Below are positions 36,370-47,495 of a stretch of DNA of 64,000 bases, one piece after another. Position 1 is the first letter of the stretch. Every line of letters begins with the position of its first letter. The DNA comes from an uncultured Methanoregulaceae archaeon (GTDB taxonomy: Archaea; Halobacteriota; Methanomicrobia; Methanomicrobiales; Methanospirillaceae). Both the position numbers and the translations under genes were made by a program. Location: positions 192,001 to 256,000 of the forward strand of contig OY970343.1 in NCBI GenBank assembly GCA_963717525.1. The letters are read 5' to 3'. A model generated the notes under the pieces. The model saw nothing but the letters and a program-made list of their open reading frames with translations. It was not told where the DNA came from and searched no databases.

Positions 36370-37322
36370 GACCGTTTTGCCCTGCCTGCGGTTCTCCCCT
36401 CCCGGAGACGCGAGAGGATAGCAACCGCGCTCAGGTTGATAATGAGCGTGATGATGAGGAGTACCACCGCTACACCGAAGAGCGCATGGTAGTGCTCGCT
36501 TCCGATTGCCACGTCGCCTGTCTCGATACCAAGGGTACCGGTCAGGGTACGGACTGACGAGAGCATGTTCCAGATCGGGTTAGGAATGATCGCAGTATTG
36601 CCGGTCACCATGATGACCGCCATGGTCTCCCCAATAGCACGACCAATACCGAGGATGATCGCCGCCGCGATCCCGGAAAGGGCCGCCGGGACAATGACCC
36701 GGCTTATCGTCTGCCAGCGGGTAGCCCCGGTCGCAAGGGACCCTTCCCGGTATTCGATGGGAACCGAGCTGATCGCATCCTCGGAGACACTGATAATCGT
36801 GGGAAGTGTCATGATCCCAAGAAGAATCGACCCGGCAAGCCAGGTCTGCCCGCTGGGAATGTTGAACGCGATGCGGATGAAGGTGCTCAGGACGATCATA
36901 CCGAAAAACCCGTACACGACCGACGGGATGCCTGCAAGCAGTTCGGTAGCCGGCTTCAGGATGCTTTTTATCCGGGGAGAAGCGAGTTCAGAGATATAGA
37001 TTGCACAGCCAAGAGAAAGCGGGACGGCAAAGACCATGGCGCCTAAAGTAACAAGGAGCGTGTCGATGATGAGAGCGGATATCCCATATTGGGGCACTAC
37101 CTGGGCCGGAGCCCAGGTTGGCCCGAAGAGGAAATTGAGTACTCCCACGGTTTCGAAGATGGAGTAACCGTCCCGGAACAAGAAGAGCAGGATGAATGCA
37201 ACGACGATGACTGCAAAGAAGGCTGTGAATAAGAATACGGACCTGACGAATTTCTCCTTTAGACGGAGGACAATAACCGTGCTACCCGGGGATTTCCCGG
37301 CAGAACATTCAGGATGTGTAAT
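36350..37322 (-). CDS. pstC: Phosphate ABC permease PstC; both ends uncertain
   Basis: ELLAGIPSVVYGFFG, GRAIGETMAV; no stop at the pstA junction; the only in-frame candidate start near the GGAGG is ATT at 37322. Confidence 0.85.
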
Positions 37323-38331
37323 GGTGTAATCGCCTCCCTTTAGGTAAAAAAGTGAGATTTGGGATAATCCCCTTCAGCCTGTTCAGGGCGACATACCCTT
37401 GAGCTACAACAATCTGTTGGCCGGACGGGCTGAGGAGGAAATTGATGTAATCCGCGGTGAGACCGGTGGGCTGACCGTTCGTGATCATATAGAGGTCACG
37501 GTGAATCGGGTAGGTCTTGTCCTTGACGGTTGCAACAGTCGGGGCAATCAGGGTACCGTTTGCCAGCTGGATCGGGAGTGCCTTCACCGTGTTATCGAGG
37601 TAACCAATGGAGATGTACCCGATTGCATTGGGCGTCTGGGCGACTTCCTGGAGGACTGCACCGTTTGAGTTGTCCTCGTGCATGGACATGGAGTCGTTTG
37701 TGTTCAGCATCACGGACTGATCAAAGTAGGTACGGGTACCGGAGGAACTGTCACGGCCAACGAGTACGATCTGGTTGTTAGAGTTTGCCACTCCTGCCCC
37801 GGGGATGGATGACCACGAGGTGATGCTCCCGTTGTAGATCGCCTTGACCTGGTCAAGGTTGATCGATTGGATCGAGTTTGCCGGGTTGACGATGATCGCA
37901 ATGCCATCGTGGGCAATCGTGATGATATTCATGTTGCTGTCCTGTGCCATCTGGGCTGCTGAGACACTGGCAGAACTCATACCGATATCCACTTTCTGGT
38001 TGATGATCGCCTGGATACCCACGCCCGATCCACCGCCGGAGACCTGGATGTTTGCCTCAGGGTGGGCCTGCTCATAGGCATCGGCAACAGCCTGTGCGAT
38101 AGGCAGGACCGTGGTCGAACCGGTCAGGGTCAGGGTCTCAGTCTGGGCAGCAGTTGTTGGGGCGGCAGATCCGGCCTGGGTTGCTGCTGCCGTCGCGGAA
38201 GTAGTTGAAGGAACCGTGGTTGTTGATCCGTTGCTGGTACACCCGGCAACAAGAAGCGATACGATAATCAATGCCGAGAGGCATGCTGTTACCAGGAGAT
38301 ATGAACTCTGTTGGGCTTTCATGGTGTTCAT
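37309..38331 (-). CDS. pstS: Phosphate-binding lipoprotein PstS; true stop probably ~37374
   Basis: Lipobox LVAGC, GSTTVLP, GGGSGVG, GRDSSSGT, YPIHR.LY. Confidence 0.93.
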   Translation of the reverse strand: MNTMKAQQSSYLLVTACLSALIIVSLLVAGCTSNGSTTTVPSTTSATAAATQAGSAAPTTAAQTETLTLTGSTTVLPIAQAVADAYEQAHPEANIQVSGGGSGVGIQAIINQKVDIGMSSASVSAAQMAQDSNMNIITIAHDGIAIIVNPANSIQSINLDQVKAIYNGSITSWSSIPGAGVANSNNQIVLVGRDSSSGTRTYFDQSVMLNTNDSMSMHEDNSNGAVLQEVAQTPNAIGYISIGYLDNTVKALPIQLANGTLIAPTVATVKDKTYPIHRDLYMITNGQPTGLTADYINFLLSPSGQQIVVAQGYVALNRLKGIIPNLTFLPKGRRLHHYTS

Positions 38332-38456
38332 CCATGAGATTATCCCGAGTTCATATACAATTTTTCGACATAGAATATACAGATATATATGCAAACAAGA
38401 CTAACATAGAGTCAAGCATATTTATCATATCACTCTATTCGTGAGGTGGAATTAAG

Positions 38457-39491
38457 ATGGAAATACGCCGGGTACAGATGACCGGGGGGTCATCATTTGT
38501 TGTCACGCTGCCCAAAGACTGGGTCCAGGAGATGCGGATCAAGAAGAACGATCCCGTCGGGTTGATTGCGCAGCCTGACGGTACGCTGCTCGTTACGAAA
38601 AAAACCACCGATGATCCGATCCAGCGGGTCAAGGAGATCGACATCGGGCATATCACGGATCCCTCATTTCTTTTCCGGATCCTGATCGGAACTTACATCA
38701 CCGGGTTTACCGCGATCCGTATCATTTCTAAACAGCGGTTTCCGCCGTTTGTCCGGACCGTTGTCCGGGACTTCACCCAGATGACCATCGGGCAGGAAGT
38801 CGTCGAAGAGACGGACTCCCTCATCATGATAAAAGATCTTCTCAACCCGGCCGAGATGCCGTTTGACAACACCATCAAGAGAATGTTTGTCATTGTCAGG
38901 AACATGCACGAGGATGCCATCGCATCGCTCGAGACGCACAACCAGACCCTCGCCGCCGACGTGATCAACCGGGATATGGACTCGGACCGGCTCAACTGGC
39001 TGATCGCCCGCCAGACCAATATGATCATGCAGAACCCCTCCCTCTCCCGGAAGATGGAGGTCTCGGTCGGTATGGCCATGTACTACCACCTGATCAGCAA
39101 GATCATCGAGCGGATTGGCGATCACGCGGTACGGATTGCCGAGAATGCCCAGCCGGTGCTGGATGCCGACCTCGACCCGAAGATCGTGGCGGCGTTAAAG
39201 AAAGCGAGCGTCCTGTCCATGCAGATCTTTGACAAGAGTATCATCTCGTTTTTCAATGCCGATATCCGTGAGGCCCACAAGACCATCGAGTCGGTCTCGG
39301 CGCTGGAGCACATCTGCGGGGATATCAGCAACATGGCGTTCAGGCAGGAGACGATGGCGGCAATCTCGATCAGCTACATCTCGGAGAGCATCCGCAGGTC
39401 TGGAGAGTACGCCGCGGATATTTGCGAGAACGTGATCAACTATATCGTCGAGGAAGACCGGTCACTCCACCGGAAGCCTTCCGGGAAATAA
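38457..39491 (+). CDS. AbrB/MazE-PhoU phosphate uptake regulator
   Basis: MEIRRVQMTGGSSFVVTLPK.W followed by PhoU repeats (IERIGDHA); divergent from pstS. Confidence 0.9.
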   Translation: MEIRRVQMTGGSSFVVTLPKDWVQEMRIKKNDPVGLIAQPDGTLLVTKKTTDDPIQRVKEIDIGHITDPSFLFRILIGTYITGFTAIRIISKQRFPPFVRTVVRDFTQMTIGQEVVEETDSLIMIKDLLNPAEMPFDNTIKRMFVIVRNMHEDAIASLETHNQTLAADVINRDMDSDRLNWLIARQTNMIMQNPSLSRKMEVSVGMAMYYHLISKIIERIGDHAVRIAENAQPVLDADLDPKIVAALKKASVLSMQIFDKSIISFFNADIREAHKTIESVSALEHICGDISNMAFRQETMAAISISYISESIRRSGEYAADICENVINYIVEEDRSLHRKPSGK

Positions 39492-39562
39492 TCCCCCGCC
39501 GCCGGTTTTTTTTAAAACCTTTAAACCGCATTGCGGGCTCATGGCAATCGTGAATGCGATGG

Positions 39563-40511
39563 TTACTCCTTTTTGGGGCAGGTACAGGACGAATCGCACT
39601 GGCTGCACCCTTCAGGGCAGGGTTCGATATGAATCGTCAATTTTGCCCGGGGATACTCCACGAGCAGATCGGATTCGAGATGATCGGCGAGATCATGGGA
39701 CCGGGTGACCGAGATCTCCCCGGGTACAACAAGGTGGAACTCGATAAAGATATCCGGGCCGGACCGCCGCGACCGGAAGCCGTGGAACCCGTAGGTACTC
39801 GCCCGCATGTGCGCAGATGATCGCCTTGATCCTTTCCTCATCCTGCGGGGGAAGGGAATGGTCGATGATATCGGCAAACGATCGCCTCAGGAGATCGGCG
39901 GCTGCATGCAGGATCACGAGACCGACCCCGATGGCAATGAGCGGGTCCAGAATAGTATAGCCGGTGATATGGATCAGGATCAAACCGGCAAAAACCCCCA
40001 GCGAGGTGTAGATATCCGTCCGCAGGTGCCAGGCGTCACTTTCGAGGGCGATGGACTCGGTTTCCTTTGCCACCTTCATAAGGCGCGAGGAGACATACCA
40101 GTTGGCGAGCACGGATATGCCCATCACCGCGATACCAAAGGAGAGCAACCCGGGTGAAAACTCCTGTATCGGCCCGATAAGCAGCCGCAGCAGGGCTTCG
40201 GCAATAATGATGATCGCCGCACCAAAGATGAGCAGGGCCTCGACGAGACCGGAAACATCCTCGAATTTCCCGTGCCCGAACGAGTGGCCGGCATCGGGAG
40301 GCTCAGCGGATTTTTTCACCGAAAAAAAAGCGATGACCGCCGCGAGCAGGTCCATTGAAGAATGGATGGCCTCGGAGATGATGCTCACCGAGCCGATAGC
40401 AAAACCCACACCGAATTTCAGGATCACAAGGCCGGTGTTGGAGATGACCGAGAGGTGAGCGGTCTGGACTTTCACCCGGTTGGATTCTGCCTGTCTGGGA
40501 TCCTGGTTCAT
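39563..40511 (-). CDS. Cation diffusion facilitator (FieF-like); +1 frameshift at ~39794
   Basis: SEAIHS..D, HSFGHGKFE, DAWHLRTD; C-terminal SHDLADHLE..IHIEP in the next frame. Confidence 0.9.
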
Positions 40512-40576
40512 GTACATTCTCTCATGGTGGCCTGCGATACAGAAGATCAATTCAAAAAACGACCGGCGCCGGCATG

Positions 40577-40948
40577 TCAGTGCCCGGTCTTTCCGTACAC
40601 TTTTTCCGGATCAAAGACCTTATTGCTGATGATAGTCCCGTCGATGGTCCGGAAAAAACAGCTGCGGTACCCGGTATGGCAGGCAGCACCGGTCTGCTCA
40701 ACCTCGTAGATGAGGCAGTCCTCGTCACAGTCCACAAGGATCCGAAGAACCTTCTGGAAATGCCCGCTCTCCTCTCCTTTCTTCCAGAGTTTTTTGCGGC
40801 TCCTGCTGTAGTAATGGGCAAAGCCTGTGGCCGTGGTAAGGTGAACTGCCTCCTCGTTTGCATACGCCATCATGAGGACGTCCCGTGTCTTTTTGTCCTG
40901 AACGATCACCGGGATCAGTCCCCCTTCAGGGTACTTGAGGGAGAGCAT
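40577..40948 (-). CDS. hisI: Phosphoribosyl-AMP cyclohydrolase
   Basis: [33 protein letters not shown]. Confidence 0.95.
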   Translation of the reverse strand: MLSLKYPEGGLIPVIVQDKKTRDVLMMAYANEEAVHLTTATGFAHYYSRSRKKLWKKGEESGHFQKVLRILVDCDEDCLIYEVEQTGAACHTGYRSCFFRTIDGTIISNKVFDPEKVYGKTGH

Positions 40949-40949
40949 G

Positions 40950-42139
40950 TCATGCACCTCCAGTGACGAATTTCATGATAGTGAACAGGAAGTCGCCAAA
41001 AAGGACGGCAGTAATAAGTCCCGCCGTGATCGGGAGGATGAACGGGACTGCATAGGAGATCCAGACGTTTCCTGCTTTTTTGTAGATCCCCAACTCTTTT
41101 TCAAACTCTTCGGGGTGTTCCCGGAGATCCTTGGTATACACCCTGCCCTCATCGGAACGCATCCGGCGCAGGGAATCCCAGAACCCTATAAATTTCCGCC
41201 CGATGTTGCCGTTTTTCTCCTCGACAAAATCTTCCATCACAAAGCCCCAGGCCTGCTGAATGTTGTCTCCTTTCACAGGGAAGCCGAAGAACATGTACTG
41301 GAGCGGGGCACGGTTCTTCTTTACTGTATTGATGATGAAAATACCCACTGGCGCCACCAGGTTGAGGATCAACGCATTGATCAGAACTGAGAACGACAGG
41401 AAATATCCCCCTAAAGGAGGGGTGCTAAGAAGAGGGATTATGGGAAATGTTGGTATGCAGAAGGCAATAAAGATGAGTGCCCACGCGTCGGCACCGCCGA
41501 ACAGGTGCATCTGCCCGAAGATATAAAAGACGCCACAGAATATGGCAGTAAATGCCATATAGATGCCGAACCCACCCCAGCCGCCGCTGCCAATCATATA
41601 GAACGACGCAATCGCGAGAATGATAACCACGAGCACGAAATACCAGCGGCTCAGCACCTCTTCAACATTCGATTCCCGCCGGGCGTCTTTTTTCGCCTGT
41701 TTTGCCTTGAGCCTGCGTTCAGGCTGTTTTGTGAATTCCCGGTAGGAGACATACCCGATTAATCCGGCGAACATCACGTACCATGGTATGAGCTGGGTCT
41801 CGGGCAGTTTTCCCGTGGAAATGGCCGGTATAATAAACCAGGATATGGCGGGGAGGGCAAGGACGACTGCCAGGTACGGGAGCCGGAACGGGTCCCGGCC
41901 TCGTGGTTGTCGAGGTAATCAGCATACAGGAAACTGGCTATCAGGGCGATATAACCGACAATGAGGCTGATATTTCCGGTCTGCTGGTAGAAGAATACCA
42001 TGCTCGCGGCGATCCCGACAATGAGCATCGGGTACCACGTCCTGAAAGGAACGCGCCGGTCCCTGATATCCAGGTACGATGCATAGATAAGGGTAACAAG
42101 AACGGCAACGGCCGAGATCACCATCGGGTAAAATATCAT
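40950..42139 (-). CDS. A24 prepilin/prearchaellin peptidase (FlaK/PibD-like); one-base deletion at ~41895
   Basis: [12 protein letters not shown] catalytic Asp, FGGADA GxGD-like motif, [14 protein letters not shown]-terminus; the two ORFs join into about 396 aa. Confidence 0.88.
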
Positions 42140-42396
42140 AAGCAGGTTTACCGTTATATCTCCTACAACTTATGCGTGGCGATGACCCCCTGTACAGGGG
42201 CGCGTTCTGGATTGGGGGGCGGGAAATCTCCCGGTCATGGGACGGAGAGGGATCAGGTGTCCGGTTATCCGCGTGGAGATACCTTTGCAAATATATAATA
42301 CACCGGTTGTGAATACATGATTGAGGGTAATTTAAGAACGATTCGGGGAAGAAGCCTCATGTTCCCGCCCCGGATTGTACAAACGAGGATTATTTC

Positions 42397-43008
42397 ATGG
42401 ATCTGCAGGAGCTTCTGGACAATATCCTGAAGGGATCGAAGTACCTGGGCACGTTTACCCTTGCCGATATGCTCATGTTTGCATCATCCCGTCACCTGCA
42501 TGCCCTTGCCGTGGCAAAAGAGGAAAACCGCCAGTTTTACCTTGCTTTCCTTAACGGTGAACCTGAAGGGGCAATCTATATAGATACCGAGGGAGCGCTT
42601 TTTGGCGACAATGCGGTCGTATATATCCGTGAGGGCAGGCAGTATGTCCTCTGCGATGTGAAACAGGAGATCATCGATGCCCTTGCCATGGGATGCCGGA
42701 TCTTTGAAAAGGGGCATATCCGGAAAAATATTACCTATTCGGTGCCGGAAATAGGGAAAAAAAGCAAGGGGATCGGGGTGGTCAGCGTGGCCGTCCTCCG
42801 GGAAAAAAACCCGCAGAACGGCGTGCGTGTATCTATCAGGAAAGACGGCAAGATCGTGGGCAGCGATGTTACCACAGGTAACGGGGAGGTCAGTTTCCGG
42901 GTGATGTACGGGGACTATACCTGTCTTGTTCAGGACCGGTCCCAGGTCGTGACGCATTTTACGATAACCTTTGACGAATCCCATACGGCCCATATCCTGG
43001 ATCTTTAA
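42397..43008 (+). CDS. Hypothetical protein: PATAN/DUF2226-like N-terminus plus beta-sandwich C-terminus
   Basis: FTLADML...FYLAFLNGE..GAIY...FGDNAV; C-terminal TTGNGEVSF..YGDY. Confidence 0.55.
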   Translation: MDLQELLDNILKGSKYLGTFTLADMLMFASSRHLHALAVAKEENRQFYLAFLNGEPEGAIYIDTEGALFGDNAVVYIREGRQYVLCDVKQEIIDALAMGCRIFEKGHIRKNITYSVPEIGKKSKGIGVVSVAVLREKNPQNGVRVSIRKDGKIVGSDVTTGNGEVSFRVMYGDYTCLVQDRSQVVTHFTITFDESHTAHILDL

Positions 43009-43118
43009 TGACCGTCTGGACCTGATGTGGCGTTTCATCTTTTTTTTACTTACCGTCGGAACTCCCGCCCGGAACCAAGACGAAATCCTTTAATTATATA
43101 ATAGCAGACTGATCGCTC

Positions 43119-44228
43119 ATGAAGATCGGACGAGAAGACTTCGAGGCGCTCATCAAGGGTGAGAAGGACATCACCCCTTATATCGAGCTTGACACAGTGG
43201 CAGGTTCCTACTCGGTTTTCGGGGTGAAAACGGCGAGCAACCCCAATTACCTGATAAAAGCCATCTACGAGATGTATGAGGGACACCTGAACAAGAAACT
43301 GGCTGTGAAGGCAGTACGTAAGCTGTTCCGGTCGGTTGGCCTGGGATCCCTTGGCCTGTACAATCTCCTGAAAAAATTCGGTATCGAACTGTCACCTGCA
43401 GATTTCCTCCTTTTAGTCTTCAAGCTCCAGCACCAGCAGGGATGGGGTGCCCCGTTCGAACTCATCGAGCAGAGTGAGAAGAGGATTGTCCTGCGCACAA
43501 AACATACCTTCGAGTCGGAGATCCTAAAAGACTGGAAGATACCGGTCTGCGGAGTTCACATGGGATGGATCGAAGGGGTAATGATGGCTGTAACCGGTAA
43601 GAACTGGTACTGTCTTGAACGCAAGTGCGTGGCAAACGGCGACGACTGCTGCGAGTTTGTTGTCGACCAGGTAGACCCCAGCTGGAAGTTCAAGGCACAG
43701 GCCGTGGTCAAAGGCGATTCTGCAATTACCGAATTTATCGACCACCGGCCTGTGGAGGGGACGATCAAGCTGATCGATGACCCGGTGGTTATGATGCCGA
43801 GGTTTGTCTTCACGTCGATGATGAACTCCCTTAAAAAGACGATGGGCGAAATGCCGGCGGGCGGGGTGAACTACCGGGCCTACATGGATATGGGTAAGGA
43901 GAACGTCGAACACTACAAGAAGATGGGTGTCACCCAGCCAAACACGCTCTCTGATATGGCGTTTACCTTTTATTCCCAGATGGGCTGGTTCCACCTGGTC
44001 AAGAGCGAATGGAACGAGGCGAAGAAGGAAAAGACCATTACTCTGGAACATACGGTTGAATCCGAGGCGTTCGGGAATACCGGAAAGAATGTCTGCTACT
44101 GTACGGCCGGTCTCCTCGCCGGGATTATCGAGGGATCGTTTGGGATCAAGGTACAGTGCCGTGAAATCAAATGCCGTTCGAAGGGAGACGAGTTCTGCGT
44201 CTTTACGGTTACCAACAAGGCTGAATAA
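43119..44228 (+). CDS. Tandem V4R (4-vinyl reductase) domain protein
   Basis: Two repeats: QGWG...CGVHMGWIEG...ERKCVANGDDCCEF and MGW...CYCTAGLLAG...EIKCRSKGDEFCVF. Confidence 0.85.
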   Translation: MKIGREDFEALIKGEKDITPYIELDTVAGSYSVFGVKTASNPNYLIKAIYEMYEGHLNKKLAVKAVRKLFRSVGLGSLGLYNLLKKFGIELSPADFLLLVFKLQHQQGWGAPFELIEQSEKRIVLRTKHTFESEILKDWKIPVCGVHMGWIEGVMMAVTGKNWYCLERKCVANGDDCCEFVVDQVDPSWKFKAQAVVKGDSAITEFIDHRPVEGTIKLIDDPVVMMPRFVFTSMMNSLKKTMGEMPAGGVNYRAYMDMGKENVEHYKKMGVTQPNTLSDMAFTFYSQMGWFHLVKSEWNEAKKEKTITLEHTVESEAFGNTGKNVCYCTAGLLAGIIEGSFGIKVQCREIKCRSKGDEFCVFTVTNKAE

Positions 44229-44467
44229 ACCGCGGAGGCAGCTCATGTGCGGCCTACACCGGCCTGCTCCCTGTTTTTCCCGCCCCTTGTTGCAGTCTTC
44301 CTGCCCGGGGATGGGAGAGACAGATTTTTTTGACTCTTTTTCTCATTGGGAGAGATGCACCGGGTGACAAACAGGAGCCGCGAAAGATTTTTATAAAAAA
44401 GAAAAATCTATCTTTAAATACTCTTATCTCGTATTGTTAAAACGGAATATTCATCCCGGTGAAAGCC

Positions 44468-45259
44468 ATGGCCTCGCCAGTCCAGATCCTGATTGTGGAA
44501 GATGATGAGATCATCTCCAACCTCATTGGCGTGATCCTTGAAAAGAAAGGATATGCCGTTGCCGGCAAGGTTACGACTGGCGAAGATGCCATTATGAAGG
44601 CTGCAGAATATCAGCCGGATCTTGTCCTCATGGATATCAGTCTTGCCGGCACGCTGGATGGCATTACCGCAGCGCAATACGTTTACTCTATCTTTCGCAT
44701 CCCGGTGATCTTTCTGACCGGCCAGTGCGACGATTCAATACTCGCCCGGGCAAAGGCTGCAGAACCGTACGGATTCATTCTCAAGCCTTTTACCTCAAAC
44801 GAGATCGTATCAAACATCGAGATCGCCTTATACAACCACAGCATGCGCAAACGGTATTTTGACAAGGCCGCCCTGTGGGATATGAAGAAGATCATGGCTG
44901 CCCTCGAATCGGTGATCATAACAGACATCAAAGGCCGTATCATTTTCTTAAACCCGTATTCCTGCAGGCTGCTGGATGTCCTGGAGAAGGATGCGCTGGC
45001 ACAACCTCTCCGGAAGGTGCTAATCCTCGTAAACAAGCAGACCGGGGAACGGATCAACGACCCGGCACTAGATGTACTCCGTGACAGAATTGCAGTCAGT
45101 TATGATCTCAATACGGTCGTTGTGTCGCTCGCGAACAAGAAACGGTTCGTCGCTCTCACGGCACGCCCGGTGAAAGACGACAAGAACGACATGATCGGTG
45201 TGTCAGTTCAGATTCGTGAAAAGACCCTGACCGAGATCAAGATGGCAGAAAAGGTCTGA
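44468..45259 (+). CDS. REC-PAS response regulator
   Basis: ILIVEDD, LMDISLAG.LDG, PVIFLT, ILKPF; PAS ITDIKGRIIFLNP. Confidence 0.88.
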   Translation: MASPVQILIVEDDEIISNLIGVILEKKGYAVAGKVTTGEDAIMKAAEYQPDLVLMDISLAGTLDGITAAQYVYSIFRIPVIFLTGQCDDSILARAKAAEPYGFILKPFTSNEIVSNIEIALYNHSMRKRYFDKAALWDMKKIMAALESVIITDIKGRIIFLNPYSCRLLDVLEKDALAQPLRKVLILVNKQTGERINDPALDVLRDRIAVSYDLNTVVVSLANKKRFVALTARPVKDDKNDMIGVSVQIREKTLTEIKMAEKV

Positions 45260-45307
45260 TACAATCCCCGTTTTCTCATCCTGAAATAAAAATTATAAAA
45301 AGGATAG

Positions 45308-46108
45308 TTATTTTTTATCTGATTTCTTTTTGAAGAGTGCCTTTGAGAACCGGTCGATAAAGCCTTCACGGGGCACCTTGGCCGGGGTGTCCTCCTTATA
45401 CGCCACGCCAATGAGATCTGACGCAATCCGGTGGATTGCCTTTGATGCGGGTGAATCCGGGTAGGTAACTACAATGGGAGAACGCGCGGCTGCGGCTCTT
45501 CTCACGTTAGTATCCTCCGGGATAATTCCAAGAACTTTTACCCCGAGTACTTTTTCCATCTTACGGGAGATGACGTCGCTCTTGTCCTGGTCGACACGGT
45601 TGATGATGGATCCAAGGACATGTCCTCCGACAACTTCTGTCAGGATCTTCGTCTTGAGTGCATCGACAATAGACGACAATTCGGGATTGACCACGAGGAT
45701 AACTTCGTCGGCCACGGCAAGCGGTACGACACCATCCTTGCTGATCCCGGCAGGTGCATCGATCAAAAGGAATTCGCACCTTTTTACAATTTCAGAGAGA
45801 ACGTCCCGGATCTTGTCCGGATCTGCCTGCTGGAAGCCCTGGAGAGAGATGCCGCTCGGGATGACCTTGAGTCCGCCCGGTCCCGGGTAGATCCCATCCT
45901 CGATATTATTTTTTCCGGCAAGAATTTCGTGCAGGGTTACCGGTGCATCCTGCAATCCCAGAATCAGGCCGACATTTGCCATGCCGATATCGGCATCCAT
46001 AAGGTAGGTTTCCTTTCCCAGTTTGGCAAGCATCGTTCCGAGATTGACAGAAACGGTGGTTTTACCTGTACCTCCTTTTCCGGATGCAATTGTGTATACC
46101 TTAACCAT
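45308..46108 (-). CDS. minD: Archaeal MinD-family ATPase
   Basis: Deviant Walker A SGKGGTGKTT, DADIGMAN, IDAPAG; amphipathic C-terminus GFIDRFSKALF. Confidence 0.93.
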   Translation of the reverse strand: MVKVYTIASGKGGTGKTTVSVNLGTMLAKLGKETYLMDADIGMANVGLILGLQDAPVTLHEILAGKNNIEDGIYPGPGGLKVIPSGISLQGFQQADPDKIRDVLSEIVKRCEFLLIDAPAGISKDGVVPLAVADEVILVVNPELSSIVDALKTKILTEVVGGHVLGSIINRVDQDKSDVISRKMEKVLGVKVLGIIPEDTNVRRAAAARSPIVVTYPDSPASKAIHRIASDLIGVAYKEDTPAKVPREGFIDRFSKALFKKKSDKK

Positions 46109-46194
46109 CAAACACCTGTTGTCGTCCTGCTTATTATTATCCTCTGCAATTATACGTATTGTGGAATATTTTATTTATGTGTTTCATATTCGTG

Positions 46195-46764
46195 TTATAT
46201 CCACCAGTTTAAAATATCTTTTGTCTCTCGTACCATATCAGGATCGGGTTCCTGCACGAGAAGATCCTTTGTCTTAGCTATTCCCACCAGAAAGGATCCC
46301 TTGTGCTCAAAGCCAAACAGCATGACTCCTGGGGGTCGAGGCTGCACATTTTCCGCATACATCCCGGCGTATCGTGCAACCGCATCAGCGGAAGGTGTTT
46401 TTTGAGATGATGCGAGCAGCAGGCCATCGGAAGTGGCAAGGGTAATTTCGTCCAGTGAGTATTTTTCCGCAAGAGCCGCAAGACTCGCCCTGAGATCCGC
46501 ACTTCCCTTGAGACAGTCGATCTCCTTTGGCCGGGGAGCGGATACAAAGACCGTATCCTGATCGAAAGAGCCGTCCGGGGCGTTTAACGGGATTTTCTGT
46601 ACTCTCAGGGGAGTCCGGGACGGGTCGAGGGAAATTTTACGGGGATGGCCCTTTGCCCCGGACCGTAATTTTATGAGGACGAGTGCGGCTGCAATGCAAA
46701 AAATGACTGCAATAGCCACGCCAAGGAGCAGAATTGTATCATCGATACCAAAGAGAATCGACAT
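46195..46764 (-). CDS. Membrane-anchored hypothetical protein with a Roadblock-like C-terminus
   Basis: N-terminal TM; ITLATSDGLLLASS resembles the Roadblock strand/DG motif. Confidence 0.6.
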   Translation of the reverse strand: MSILFGIDDTILLLGVAIAVIFCIAAALVLIKLRSGAKGHPRKISLDPSRTPLRVQKIPLNAPDGSFDQDTVFVSAPRPKEIDCLKGSADLRASLAALAEKYSLDEITLATSDGLLLASSQKTPSADAVARYAGMYAENVQPRPPGVMLFGFEHKGSFLVGIAKTKDLLVQEPDPDMVRETKDILNWWI

Positions 46765-46785
46765 CTTCCCGGCACCTTCAGGTTT

Positions 46786-47495
46786 TTAGTCCTTGTCCAT
46801 CAGGTGGTCAAGGCGGAGATGTTTTACCATCGTTTTGCATTCATCCCTGATCTTATCGGTTACCTGGTCGAGGTTCATTGAATTCAGTGTGTCCAGATCA
46901 TTCTCAAAATCTGTTTTTCCGGTCTCTTTTACCGGAGCTTCCGGTTCTTTTGGCCCCGGTCTTTTATCTGCCCGGAATGATGGAGGGGGAACGGTGACAG
47001 GATTTTTCGGGCCAGCGAGGGACCGGGGGGTCTTTTCCGGTGAACGTGCCACAAGTTTTGATACTTCTTCGCTTGGGGGGGCCGGGGTTGCTCCCTGTGA
47101 CGGGCTGGTTTTTTTTGCCATTACGTGGGGAGCTGTGGGTGGCGGGGGATGTACCGCTTTCTGGGGGGGGGAGGTTCGCGGGGGGCTTTTATGACCTTCT
47201 CGGACTTGTTGAATTCCAATGATAACTGAATCTGAGCCTCATCCAGGGTCGAGAGCGCAGCATCAATGGCCTCGCCCGCATTGGACATAAGGAGGCTTTC
47301 GAGTGCGGCATCACCCTTGGACGTGGTGTACTCTGCAAGAATACACTTTCCAGATTTCAGCACAAGTGTGCAGATGCCCTCCCGGCATGAAATGCTGCAG
47401 ATCCCGGAGAAACGGCTCCGCTCAAGTTCAGCGAGGAGGTCTCCGGCCTTCTGGTTCTTCTGGATCTCGCGGAATGTACCGCGGGGCAGTTGCAT
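46786..47495 (-). CDS. DUF2226/PATAN-like protein with Pro-rich linker; frameshift in the poly-C tracts at ~47160-47190
   Basis: MQLPRG...RFSGICSI...LVLKSGKCILAE...GDAAL...QIQLSLEFN; continues into ORF 46786-47121. Confidence 0.7.
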
